This document shows, one piece after another, positions 24,801-39,140 of a stretch of 64,000 nt of DNA; the first letter of the stretch is position 1, and every line of letters begins with the position of its first letter. The notes beneath the pieces are model-generated. The model was not told the origin of the DNA and searched no databases. It saw only the letters and a list, made by a program, of their open reading frames with translations. The stretch lies in NCBI GenBank assembly GCA_043228905.1, contig JBHGNT010000002.1, forward strand, positions 62,001-126,000, read 5' to 3'. The DNA comes from Azolla caroliniana. Taxonomy: Eukaryota; Plantae; Polypodiophyta. A program made the position numbers and the translations under genes.

Positions 24801-27800
24801 CTACTCACGTTTGGTAATTTAATCATGTCTCTCGAACCAGGTATGAACATTTTCATTTACCCACTAGCTCTTCGCAACTCACTCCTCAAATTTGGTATTT
24901 TCGTCATGTCTCTAGACCTGAGTTTCAAAATCTTGATTTTTCAAATCCATATCATGGCTAGCGATGTTAGCTTCGATTCACATGTTTGAACACAAAAATC
25001 CGATATCACACAAACCAGGTATGAACATTTTAATTTACCCACTAGCTCTTCTGAACTCACTCCTCAAATTTGGTATTTTCGTCATGTCTCTCGACCTGAG
25101 TTTCAAAATCTTGATTTTTTAATTCCATATCATAGCTAGCGTTGTTAGCTTCGATTCGCATGTTTGAACACAAAAATCCGATATTACACGAGCCAGGTAT
25201 GAACATTTTCATTTACTCAAGGGCTCCTCTCAACTCCCTCCTCAAATTTGGTAATTTCGTCATGTCTCTCGACCTGAGTTTCAAAATCTTGATTTATCAA
25301 TTCCATATCATGGCTAGCGTTGTTATCTTCGTTTCGCATGTTCGAACACAAAAATCCGATATCACACGAGCTAGGTATGAACATTTTCATTTACTCAAGG
25401 GCTCCTCTCAACTCACTCCTCAAATTTGGTAATTTCGTCATGTCTCTCGACCTGAGTTTTAAAATCTTGATTTTTCAATTCCATATCATGGCTAGCGTTG
25501 TTATCTTCGATTCGCATGTTTGAACACAAAAATCCGATATCACACGAGCCAGGTATGAACATTTTCATTTACTCAAGGGCTCCTCTCAACTCACTACTCA
25601 TGTTTGGTAATTTAATCATGTCTCTTGACCTGAGTTTCAAAATCTTGATTTTTCAATACCATATCATAGCTGGCGTTGTTAGCTTCGATTCACATGTTTG
25701 AACATAAAAATCCGATATCACACGAGCCAGGTATGAACATTTTAATTTACTCAAGGGCTCCTCTCAACTCACTACTCATGTTTGCTAATTTCGTCCTGTC
25801 TCTCGAACTGAGTTTCACAATATTGATTTTTGAATTCCATATCATAGCTAGCGGTGTTAGCTTCGATTCGCATATTTGAACACAAAAATCCGATATCACA
25901 CGAGCCAGGTATGAACATTTTAATTTACTCAAGGGCTCCTATCAACTCACTCCTCAAATTTGGTAATTGAATCATGTCTCTCGACCTGAGTTTCAAAATC
26001 TTCATTTTTTAAAATCCATATCATAGCTAGCGTTGTTAGCTTCGATTCACATGTTTGAACACAAAAATCCGATATCACACGAGCCAGGTATGAACATTTT
26101 CCTTTACCCACTAGCTCTTCTCAACTCACTACTCATGTTTGCTAATTTCGTCCTGTCTCTCGAACTGAGTTTCAAAATCTTGATTCTTGAATTCCATATC
26201 ATAGCTAGCGTTGTTAGCTTCGATTCGCATCTTTGAACACAAAAATCCGATATCACACGAGCCAGGTATGAATATTTTAATTTACTCAAGGGCTCCTCTC
26301 AACTCACTCCTCAAATTTGGTAATGTCATCATGTCTCTCGACCTGAGTTTCAAAATCTTGATTTTTGAATTCCATATCATGGCTAGCGTTGTTATCTTCG
26401 ATTCGCATGTTTGAACACAAAAATCCGATACCACACGAGCCAGGTATGAACATTTTCATTTACTCAAGGGCTCCTCTCTACTCACTACTCATGTTTGGTA
26501 ATTTAATCATGTCTCTTGAACCAGGTATGAACATTTTCATTTACCCACTAGCTCTTCTCAACTCACTCCTCAAATTTGGTATTTTCGTCATATCTCTAGA
26601 CCTGAGTTTCAAAATCTTGAATTTTCAAATCCATATCATGGCTAGCGTTGTTAGCTTCGATTCACATGTTTGAACACAAAAATCCGATATCACACGAGCC
26701 AGGTATGAACATTTTAATTTACTCAAGGGCTCCTCTCAACTCACTCCTCAAATTTGGTATTTTCGTCATGTCTCTCGACCTGAGTTTCAAAATCTTGATT
26801 TTTTAATTCCATATCATAGCTAGCGTTGTTAGCTTCGATTCGCATGTTTGAACACAAAAATCCGATATTACACGAGCCAGCTATGAACATTTTAATTTAG
26901 TCAAGGGCTCCTCTCAACTCACTCCTCAAATTTGGTAATTTCGTCATGTCTCTCGACCTGAGTTTCAAAATCTTGATTTTTCAATTCCATATCATGGCTA
27001 GCGTTGTTATCTTCGATTCGCATGTTTGAACACAAAAATCCGATATCACACGAGCCAGGTATGAACATTTTCATTTAATCAAGGGCTCCTCTCAACTCAC
27101 TACTCATGTTTGGTAATTTAATCACGTCTCTCGACCTGAGTTTCAAAATCTTGATTTTTCAATACCATATCATAGCTAGCGTTGTTAGCTTCGTTTCGCA
27201 TGTTTGAACACAAAAATCCGATATCACACGAGCCAGGTATGAACATTTTAATTTACTCAAGGGCTCCTCTCAACTCGCTCCTCATGTTTGCTAATTTCGT
27301 CGTGTCTCTCGACCTGAGTTTCAAAATCTTGATTTGTTAATTCCATATCATAGCTAGCGTTGTTAGCTTCGATTCCCATGTTTGAACACAAAAATCCGAT
27401 ATCACACAAGCCAAGTATGAACATTTTAATTTACCTACTAGCTCTTCTCAACTCACTCCTCAAATTTGGTAATTTCGTCATGTCTCTCGACCTGAGTTTA
27501 AAATCTTGATTTTCTAATTCCATATCATAGCTAGCGTTGTTAGCTTCGATTCGCATGTTTGAACACAAGAATCCGATATTACACGAGCCAGATATGAACA
27601 TTTTAATTTACTCAAGGGCTCCTCTCAACTCGCTCCTCATGTTTGCTAATTTCGTCGTGTCTCTCGACCTGAGTTTCAAAATCTTGATTTGTTAATTCCA
27701 TATCATAGCTAGCGTTGTTAGCTTCGATTCCCATGTTTGAACACAAAAATCCGATATCACACAAGCCAGGTATGAACATTTTAATTTACCTACTAGCTCT

Positions 27801-30800
27801 TCTCAACTCACTCCTCAAATTTGGTAATTTCGTCATGTCTCTCGACCTGAGTTTAAAATCTTGATTTTCTAATTCCATATCATAGCTAGCGTTGTTAGCT
27901 TCGATTCGCATGTTTGAACACAAGAATCCGATATTACACGAGCCAGATATGAACATTTTAATTTACTCAAGGGCTCCTCTCAACTCACTACTCATGTTTG
28001 CTAATTTCGTCATGTCTCTCGACCGGAGTTTCAAAATCTTGATTTTTGAATTCCATATCATAACTAGCGTTGTTAGCTTCGATTCCCATGTTTGAACACA
28101 AAAATCCGATATCACACAAGCCAGGTATGAACATTTTAATTTACCTACTAGCTCTTCTCAACTCACTCCTTAAATTTGGTAATTTCGTCATGTCTCTCGA
28201 CCTGAGTTTCAAAATCTTGATTTTTTAATTCCATATCATAGCTAGCGTTGTTAGCTTCGATTCGCATGTTTGAACACAAATATCCGATATTACACGAGCC
28301 AGGTATGAACATTTTAATTTACTCAAGGGCTTCGCTCAACTCACTACTCATGTTTGCTAATTCCGTCATGTCTCTCGACGGGAGTTTCAAAATCTTGATT
28401 TTTGAATTCCATATCATAGTTAGCGTTGTTAGCTTCGATTCGCATGTTTGAACACAAATATCCGATATTACACGAGCCAGGTATGAACATTTTAATTTAC
28501 TCAAGGGCTTCGCTCAACTCACTACTCATGTTTGCTAATTTCGTCATGTCTCTCGACGGGAGTTTCAAAATCTTGATTTTTGAATTCCATATCATAGTTA
28601 GCGTTGTTAGCTTCGATTCGCATGTTTGAACACAAAAATCCGATATCAGACGAGCCAGGTATGAACATTTTCATTTACTCAAGGGCTCCTCTCAACTCCC
28701 TCCTCATGTTTGCTAATTTTTCATGTCTCTCGACCTGAGTTTCAAAATCTTGAGTTTTCAATTCCATATCGTGGCTAGCATTGTTAGCTTCGATTCGCAT
28801 GTTTGAACACAAAAATCCGATATTACACGAGCCAGCTATGAACATTTTAATTTAGTCAAGGGCTCCTCTCAACTCACTCCTCAAATTTGGTAATTTCGTC
28901 ATGTCTCTCGACCTGAGTTTCAAAATCTTGATTTTTCAATTCCATATCATAGCTAGCGTTGTTAGCTTCGATTCGCATGTTTGAACACAAAAATCCGATA
29001 TCACACGAGCCAGGTATGAACATTTTCATTTACCCACTAGATCTTCTCAACTCACTCCTCAAATTTGGTAATTTCGTCATGTCTGTCGACCTGAGTTTCA
29101 AAATCTTGATTTTTTAATTCGATATCATAGCTAGCGTTGTTAGCTTCGATTCGCATGTTTGAACACAAAAATCCAATATTACACGAGCTAGGTATGAACA
29201 TTTTAATTTACTCAAGGGCTCCTCTCAACTCACTACTCATGTTTGCTAATTTCGTCATGTCTCTCGACCGGAGTTTCAAAATATTGATTTTTGAATTCCA
29301 TATCATAGCTAGCGTTGTTAGCTTCGATTCGCATGTTTGAACACAAAAATCCGATATCACACGAGCCAGGTATGAACATTTTCATTTACTCAAGGGCTCC
29401 TCTCAACTCCCTCCTCATGTTTGCTAATTTTGTCATGTCTCTCGACCTGAGATTCAAAATCTTGATTTTTAAATTCCATATCATAGTTAGCGTTGTTAGC
29501 TTCGATTCGCATGTTTGAACATAAAAATCCGATATCACACGAGCCAGGTATGAACATTTCCCTTTACCCACTAGCTCTTCTCAACTCACTCCTAAAATTT
29601 GGTAATTTCGTCATGTCTCTCGACCTGAGTTTCAAAATTTTGATTATTTAATTCCATATCATAGCTAGCGTTGTTAGCTTCGATTCGCATGTTTGAACAC
29701 AAAAATCCGATATCACACGAGCCAGATATGAACATTTTAATTTACTCAAGGGCTACTCTCAACTCACTACTCATGTTTGCTAATTTCGTCATGTCTCTCG
29801 AACTGAGTTTCAAAATTTTGATTTTTCAATACCATATCATAGCTGGCGTTGTTAGCTTCGATTCACATGTTTGAACACAAAAATCCGATCTCACACAAAC
29901 CAGGTATGAACATTTTAATTTACCCACTAGCTCTTCTGAACTCACTCCTCAAATTTGGTATTTTCGTCATGTCTCTCGACCTGAGTTTCAAAATCTTGAT
30001 TTTTGAATTCCATATCATAGCTAGCGTTGTTAGCTTCGATTCGCATATTTGAACACAAAAATCCGATATCACACGAGCCAGGTATGAACATTTTAATTTA
30101 CTCAAGGGCTCCTATCAACTCACTCCTCAAATTTGGTAATCGAATCATGTCTCTCGACCTGAGTTTCAAAATCTTCATTTTTTAAAATCCATATCATAGC
30201 TAGCGTTGTTAGCTTCGATTCACATGTTTGAACACAAAAATCCGATATCACACGAGCCAGGTATGAACATTTTCCTTTACCCACTAGCTCTTCTCAACTC
30301 ACTACTCATGTTTGCTAATTTCGTCCTGTCTCTCGAACTGAGTTTCAAAATTTTGATTTTTGAATTCCATATCATAGCTAGCGTTGTTAGCTTCGATTCG
30401 CATGTTTGAACACAAAAATCCGATATCACACGAGCCAGGTATGAATATTTTAATTTACTCAAGGGCTCCTCTCAACTCACTCCTCAAATTTGGTAATGTC
30501 ATCATGTCTCTCGACCTGAGTTTCAAAATCTTGATTTTTGAATTCCATATCATGGCTAGCGTTGTTATCTTCGATTCGCATGTTTGAACACAAAAATCCG
30601 ATATCACACAAGCCAGGTATGAACATTTTAATTTACCTACTAGCTCTTCTCAACTCACTCCTTAAATTTGGTAATTTCATCATGTCTCTCGACCTGAGTT
30701 TCAAAATCTTGATTTTTTAATTCCATATCATAGCTAGCGTTGTTAGCTTCGATTCGCATGTTTGAACACAAAAATCCGATATTACACGAGCCAGGTATGA

Positions 30801-33489
30801 ACATTTTAATTTACTCAAGGGCTCCTCTGAACTCACCACTCATGTTTGCTAATTTCGTCATGTCTTTCGACCGGAGTTTCAAAATCTTGATTTTTGAATT
30901 CCATATCATAGCTAGCGTTGTTAGCTTCGATTCGCATGTTTGAACACAAAAATCCGATATCACACAAGCCAGGTATGAACATTTTTATTTACCTACTAGC
31001 TCTTCTCAACTCACTCCTTAAATTTGGTAATTTCGTCATGTCGCTCGACCTGAGTTTCAAAATCTTGATTTTTTAATTCCATATCATAGCTAGCGTTGTT
31101 AGCTTCGATTCGCATGTTTGAACACAAATATCCGATATTACACGAGCCAGGTATGAATATTTTAATTTACTCAAGGGCTCCTCTCAACTCACTCCTCAAA
31201 TTTGATAATGTCATCATGTCTCTTGACCTGAGTTTCAAAATCTTGATTTTTGAATTCCATATCATGGCTAGCGTTGTTATCTTCGATTCGCATGTTTGAA
31301 CACAAAAATCCGATACCACACGAGCCAGGTATGAACATTTTCATTTACTCAAGGGCTCCTCTCTACTCACAACTCATGTTTGGTAATTTAATCATGTCTC
31401 TTGAACCAGGTATGAACATTTTCATTTACCCACTAGCTCTTCTCAACTCACTCCTCAAATTTGGTATTTTCGTCATGTCTCTAGACCTGAGTTTCAAAAT
31501 CTTGAATTTTCAAATCCATATCATGGCTAGCGTTGTTAGCTTCGATTCACATGTTTGAACACAAAAATCCGATATCACACGAGCCAGGTATGAACATTTT
31601 AATTTACTCAAGGGCTCCTCTCAACTCACTCCTCAAATTTGGTATTTTCGTCATGTCTCTCGACCTGAGTTTCAAAATCTTGATTTTTTAATTCCATATC
31701 ATAGCTAGCGTTGTTAGCTTCGATTCGCATGTTTGAACACAAAAATCCGATATTACACGAGCCAGCTATGAACATTTTAATTTAGTCAAGGGCTCCTCTC
31801 AACTCACTCCTCAAATTTGGTAATTTCGTCATGTCTCTCGACCTGAGTTTCAAAATCTTGATTTTTCAATTCCATATCATGGCTAGCGTTGTTATCTTCG
31901 ATTCGCATGTTTGAACACAAAAATCCGATATCACACGAGCCAGGTATGAACATTTTCATTTAATCAAGGGCTCCTCTCAACTCACTACTCATGTTTGGTA
32001 ATTTAATCACGTCTCTCGACCTGAGTTTCAAAATCTTGATTTTTCAATACCATATCATAGCTAGCGTTGTTAGCTTCGATTCGCATGTTTGAACACAAAA
32101 ATCCGATATCACACGAGGCAGGTATGAACATTTTAATTTACTCAAGGGCTCCTCTCAACTCGCTCCTCATGTTTGCTAATTTCGTCGTGTCTCTCGACCT
32201 GAGTTTCAAAATCTTGATTTGTTAATTCCATATCATAGCTAGCGTTGTTAGCTTCGATTCCCATGTTTGAACACAAAAATCCGATATCACACAAGCCAGG
32301 TATGAACATTTTAATTTACCTACTAGCTCTTCTCAACTCACTCCTCAAATTTGGTAATTTCGTCATGTCTCTCGACCTGAGTTTAAAATCTTGATTTTCT
32401 AATTCCATATCATAGCTAGCGTTGTTAGCTTCGATTCGCATGTTTGAACACAAGAATCCGATATTACACGAGCCAGATATGAACATTTTAATTTACTCAA
32501 GGGCTCCTCTCAACTCGCTCCTCATGTTTGCTAATTTCGTCGTGTCTCTCGACCTGAGTTTCAAAATCTTGATTTGTTAATTCCATATCATAGCTAGCGT
32601 TGTTAGCTTCGATTCCCATGTTTGAACACAAAAATCCGATATCACACAAGCCAGGTATGAACATTTTAATTTACCTACTAGCTCTTCTCAACTCACTCCT
32701 CAAATTTGGTAATTTCGTCATGTCTCTCGACCTGAGTTTAAAATCTTGATTTTCTAATTCCATATCATAGCTAGCGTTGTTAGCTTCGATTCGCATGTTT
32801 GAACACAAAAATCCGATATTACACGAGCCAGATATGAACATTTTAATTTACTCAAGGGCTCCTCTCAACTCACTACTCATGTTTGGTAATTTAATCACGT
32901 CTCTCGACCTGAGTTTCAAAATCTTGATTTTTCAATACCATATCATAGCTAGCGTTGTTAGCTTCGATTCGCATGTTTGAACACAAAAATCCGATATCAC
33001 ACGAGCCAGGTATGAACATTTTAATTTACTCAAGGGCTCCTCTCAACTCGCTCCTCATGTTTGCTAATTTCATCGTGTCTCTCGACCTGAGTTTCAAAAT
33101 TTTGATTATTTAATTCCATATCATAGCTAGCGTTGTTAGCTTCGATTCGCATGTTTGAACACAAAAATCCGATATCACACGAGCCAGATATGAACATTTT
33201 AATTTACTCAAGGGCTACTCTCAACTCACTACTCATGTTTGCTAATTTCGTCATGTCTCTCGAACTGAGTTTCAAAATTTTGATTTTTCAATACCATATC
33301 ATAGCTGGCGTTGTTAGCTTCGATTCACATGTTTGAACACAAAAATCCGATATCACACAAACCAGGTATGAACATTTTAATTTACCCACTAGCTCTTCTG
33401 AACTCACTCCTCAAATTTGGTATTTTCGTCATGTCTCTCGACCTGAGTTTCAAAATATTGATTTTTGAATTCCATATCATAGCTAGCGT

Positions 33490-36400
33490 TGTTAGCTTCG
33501 ATTCGCATATTTGAACACAAAAATCCGATATCACACGAGCCAGGTATGAACATTTTAATTTACTCAAGGGCTCCTATCAACTCACTCCTCAAATTTGGTA
33601 ATCGAATCATGTCTCTCGACCTGAGTTTCAAAATCTTCATTTTTTAAAATCCATATCATAGCTAGCGTTGTTAGCTTCGATTCACATCTTTGAACACAAA
33701 AATCCGATATCACACGAGCCAGGTATGAACATTTTCCTTTACCCACTAGCTCTTCTCAACTCACTACTCATGTTTGCTAATTTCGTCCTGTCTCTCGAAC
33801 TGAGTTTCAAAATCTTGATTTTTGAATTCCATATCATAGCTAGCGTTGTTAGCTTCGATTCGCATGTTTGAACACAAAAATCCGATATCACACGAGCCAG
33901 GTATGAATATTTTAATTTACTCAAGGGCTCCTCTCAACTCACTCCTCAAATTTGGTAATGTCATCATGTCTCTCGACCTGAGTTTCAAAATCTTGATTTT
34001 TGAATTCCATATCATGGCTAGCGTTGTTATCTTCGATTCGCATGTTTGAACACAAAAATCCGATATCACACAAGCCAGGTATGAACATATTAATTTACCT
34101 ACTAGCTCTTCTCAACTCACTCCTTAAATTTGGTAATTTCATCATGTCTCTCGACCTGAGTTTCAAAATCTTGATTTTTGAATTCCATATCATAGCTAGC
34201 GTTGTTAGCTTCGATTCGCATGTTTGAACACAAAAATCCGATATCACACGAGCCAGGTATGAATATTTTAATTTACTCAAGGGCTCCTCTGAACTCACTC
34301 CTCAAATTTGGTAATGTCATCATGTCTCTCGACCTGAGTTTCAAAATCTTGATTTTTGAATTCCATATCATGGCTAGCGTGGTTATCTTCGATTCGCATG
34401 TTTGAACACAAAAATCCGATATCACACAAGCCAGGTATGAACATTTTAATTTACCTACTAGCTCTTCTCAACTCACTCCTTAAATTTGGTAATTTCATCA
34501 TGTCTCTCGACATGAGTTTCAAAATCTTGATTTTTTAATTCCATATCATAGCTAGCGTTGTTAGCTTCGATTCACATGTTTGAACACAAAAATCCGATAT
34601 CACACGAGCCAGGTATGAACATTTTCCTTTACCCACTAGCTCTTCTCAACTCACTACTCATGTTTGCTAATTTCGTCCTGTCTCTCGAACTGAGTTTCAA
34701 AATCTTGATTTTTAAATTCCATATCATAGTTAGCGTTGTTAGCTTCGATTCGCATGTTTGAACATAAAAATCCGATATCACACGAGCCAGGTATGAACAT
34801 TTCCCTTTACCCACTAGCTCTTCTCAACTCACTCCTAAAATTTGGTAATTTCGTCATGTCTCTCGACCTGAGTTTCAAAATTTTGATTATTTAATTCCAT
34901 ATCATAGCTAGCGTTGTTAGCTTCGATATCACACGAGCCAGGTATGAACATTTTAATTTACTCAAGGGCTCCTCTCAACTCGCTCCTCATGTTTGCTAAT
35001 TTCGTCGTGTCTCTCGACCTGAGTTTCAAAATCTTGATTTGTTAATTCCATATCATAGGTAGCGTTGTTAGCTTCGATTCCCATGTTTGAACACAAAAAT
35101 CCGATATCACACAAGCCAGGTATGAACATTTTAATTTACCTACTAGCTCTTCTCAACTCACTCCTCAAATTTGGTAATTTCGTCATGTCTCTCGACCTGA
35201 GTTTAAAATCTTGATTTTCTAATTCCATATCATAGCTAGCGTTGTTAGCTTCGATTCGCATGTTTGAACACAAGAATCCGATATTACACGAGCCAGATAT
35301 GAACATTTTAATTTACTCAAGGGCTCCTCTCAACTCGCTCCTCATGTTTGCTAATTTCGTCGTGTCTCTCGACCTGAGTTTCAAAATCTTGATTTGTTAA
35401 TTCCATATCATAGCTAGCGTTGTTAGCTTCGATTCCCATGTTTGAACACAAAAATCCGATATCACACAAGCCAGGTATGAACATTTTAATTTACCTACTA
35501 GCTCTTCTCAACTCACTCCTCAAATTTGGTAATTTCGTCATGTCTCTCGACCTGAGTTTAAAATCTTGATTTTCTAATTCCATATCATAGCTAGCGTTGT
35601 TAGCTTCGATTCGCATGTTTGAACACAAAAATCCGATATTACACGAGCCAGATATGAACATTTTAATTTACTCAAGGGCTCCTCTCAACTCACTACTCAT
35701 GTTTGCTAATTTCGTCATGTCTCTCGACCGGAGTTTCAAAATCTTGATTTTTGAATTCCATATCATAACTAGCGTTGTTAGCTTCGATTCCCATGTTTGA
35801 ACACAAAAATCCGATATCACACAAGCCAGGTATGAACATTTTAATTTACCTACTATCTCTTCTCAACTCACTCCTTAAATTTGGTAATTTCGTCATGTCT
35901 CTCGACCTGAGTTTCAAAATCTTGATTTTTTAATTCCATATCATAGCTAGCGTTGTTAGTTTCGATTCGCATATTTGAACACAAAAATCCGATATCACAC
36001 GAGCCAGGTATGAACATTTTAATTTACTCAAGGGCTCCTATCAACTCACTCCTCAAATTTGGTAATCGAATCATGTCTCTCGACCTGAGTTTCAAAATCT
36101 TCATTTTTTAAAATCCATATCATAGCTAGCGTTGTTAGCTTCGATTCACATGTTTGAACACAAAAATCCGATATCACACGAGCCAGGTATGAACATTTTC
36201 CTTTACCCACTAGCTCTTCTCAACTCACTACTCATGTTTGCTAATTTCGTCCTGTCTCTCGAACTGAGTTTCAAAATCTTGATTTTTGAATTCCATATCA
36301 TAGCTAGCGTTGTTAGCTTCGATTCGCATGTTTGAACACAAAAATCCGATATCACACGAGCCAGGTATGAATATTTTAATTTACTCAAGGGCTCCTCTCA

Positions 36401-39140
36401 ACTCACTCCTCAAATTTGGTAATGTCATCATGTCTCTCGACCTGAGTTTCAAAATCTTGATTTTTGAATTCCATATCATGGCTAGCGTTGTTATCTTCGA
36501 TTCGCATGTTTGAACACAAAAATCCGATATCACACAAGCCAGGTATGAACATTTTAATTTACCTACTAGCTCTTCTCAACTCACTCCTTAAATTTGGTAA
36601 TTTCATCATGTCTCTCGACCTGAGTTTCAAAATCTTGATTTTTTAATTCCATATCATAGCTAGCGTTGTTAGTTTCGATTCGCATATTTGAACACAAAAA
36701 TCCGATATCACACGAGCCAGGTATGAACATTTTAATTTACTCAAGGGCTCCTATCAACTCACTCCTCAAATTTGGTAATCGAATCATGTCTCTCGACCTG
36801 AGTTTCAAAATCTTCATTTTTTAAAATCCATATCATAGCTAGCGTTGTTAGCTTCGATTCACATGTTTGAACACAAAAATCCGATATCACACGAGCCAGG
36901 TATGAACATTTTCCTTTACCCACTAGCTCTTCTCAACTCACTACTCATGTTTGCTAATTTCGTCCTGTCTCTCGAACTGAGTTTCAAAATCTTGATTTTT
37001 GAATTCCATATCATAGCTAGCGTTGTTAGCTTCGATTCGCATGTTTGAACACAAAAATCCGATATCACACGAGCCAGGTATGAATATTTTAATTTACTCA
37101 AGGGCTCCTCTCAACTCACTCCTCAAATTTGGTAATGTCATCATGTCTCTCGACCTGAGTTTCAAAATCTTGATTTTTGAATTCCATATCATGGCTAGCG
37201 TTGTTATCTTCGATTCGCATGTTTGAACACAAAAATCCGATATCACACAAGCCAGGTATGAACATATTAATTTACCTACTAGCTCTTCTCAACTCACTCC
37301 TTAAATTTGGTAATTTCATCATGTCTCTCGACCTGAGTTTCAAAATCTTGATTTTTGAATTCCATATCATAGCTAGCGTTGTTAGCTTCGATTCGCATGT
37401 TTGAACACAAAAATCCGATATCACACGAGCCAGGTATGAATATTTTAATTTACTCAAGGGCTCCTCTCAACTCACTCCTCAAATTTGGTAATGTCATCAT
37501 GTCTCTCGACCTGAGTTTCAAAATCTTGATTTTTGAATTCCATATCATGGCTAGCGTTGTTATCTTCGATTCGCATGTTTGAACACAAAAATCCGATATC
37601 ACACAAGCCAGGTATGAACATTTTAATTTACCTACTAGCTCTTCTCAACTCACTCCTTAAATTTGGTAATTTCATCATGTCTCTCGACCTGAGTTTCAAA
37701 ATCTTGATTTTTTAATTCCATATCATAGCTAGCGTTGTTAGCTTCGATTCACATGTTTGAACACAAAAATCCGATATCACACGAGCCAGGTATGAACATT
37801 TTCCTTTACCCACTAGCTCTTCTCAACTCACTACTCATGTTTGCTAATTTCGTCCTGTCTCTCGAACTGAGTTTCAAAATCTTGATTTTTAAATTCCATA
37901 TCATAGTTAGCGTTGTTAGCTTCGATTCGCATGTTTGAACATAAAAATCCGATATCACACGAGCCAGGTATGAACATTTCCCTTTACCCACTAGCTCTTC
38001 TCAACTCACTCCTAAAATTTGGTAATTTCGTCATGTCTCTCGACCTGAGTTTCAAAATTTTGATTATTTAATTCCATATCATAGCTAGCGTTGTTAGCTT
38101 CGATATCACACGAGCCAGGTATGAACATTTTAATTTACTCAAGGGCTCCTCTCAACTCGCTCCTCATGTTTGCTAATTTCGTCGTGTCTCTCGACCTGAG
38201 TTTCAAAATCTTGATTTGTTAATTCCATATCATAGCTAGCGTTGTTAGCTTCGATTCCCATGTTTGAACACAAAAATCCGATATCACACAAGCCAGGTAT
38301 GAACATTTTAATTTACCTACTAGCTCTTCTCAACTCACTCCTCAAATTTGGTAATTTCGTCATGTCTCTCGACCTGAGTTTAAAATCTTGATTTTCTAAT
38401 TCCATATCATAGCTAGCGTTGTTAGCTTCGATTCGCATGTTTGAACACAAGAATCCGATATTACACGAGCCAGATATGAACATTTTAATTTACTCAAGGG
38501 CTCCTCTCAACTCGCTCCTCATGTTTGCTAATTTCGTCGTGTCTCTCGACCTGAGTTTCAAAATCTTGATTTGTTAATTCCATATCATAGCTAGCGTTGT
38601 TAGCTTCGATTCCCATGTTTGAACACAAAAATCCGATATCACACAAGCCAGGTATGAACATTTTAATTTACCTACTAGCTCTTCTCAAGTCACTCCTCAA
38701 ATTTGGTAATTTCGTCATGTCTCTCGACCTGAGTTTAAAATCTTGATTTTCTAATTCCATATCATAGCTAGCGTTGTTAGCTTCGATTCGCATGTTTGAA
38801 CACAAAAATCCGATATTACACGAGCCAGATATGAACATTTTAATTTACTCAAGGGCTCCTCTAAACTCACTACTCATGTTTGCTAATTTCGTCATGTCTC
38901 TCGACCGGAGTTTCAAAATCTTGATTTTTGAATTCCATATCATAACTAGCGTTGTTAGCTTCGATTCCCATGTTTGAACACAAAAATCCGATATCACACA
39001 AGCCAGGTATGAACATTTTAATTTACCTACTAGCTCTTCTCAACTCACTCCTTAAATTTGGTAATTTCGTCATGTCTCTCGACCTGAGTTTCAAAATCTT
39101 GATTTTTTAATTCCATATCATAGCTAGCGTTGTTAGTTTC
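33490..39140 (+). repeat. 18-monomer tandem duplication, 3177-bp period, each copy carrying a 151-bp deleted monomer
   Basis: Pairs at +3177: 33846/37023, 34000/37177, 34202/37379, 34558/37735, 35597/38774. The deletion junction CTTCGATATCAC is at 34921 and 38098. Confidence 0.92.
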
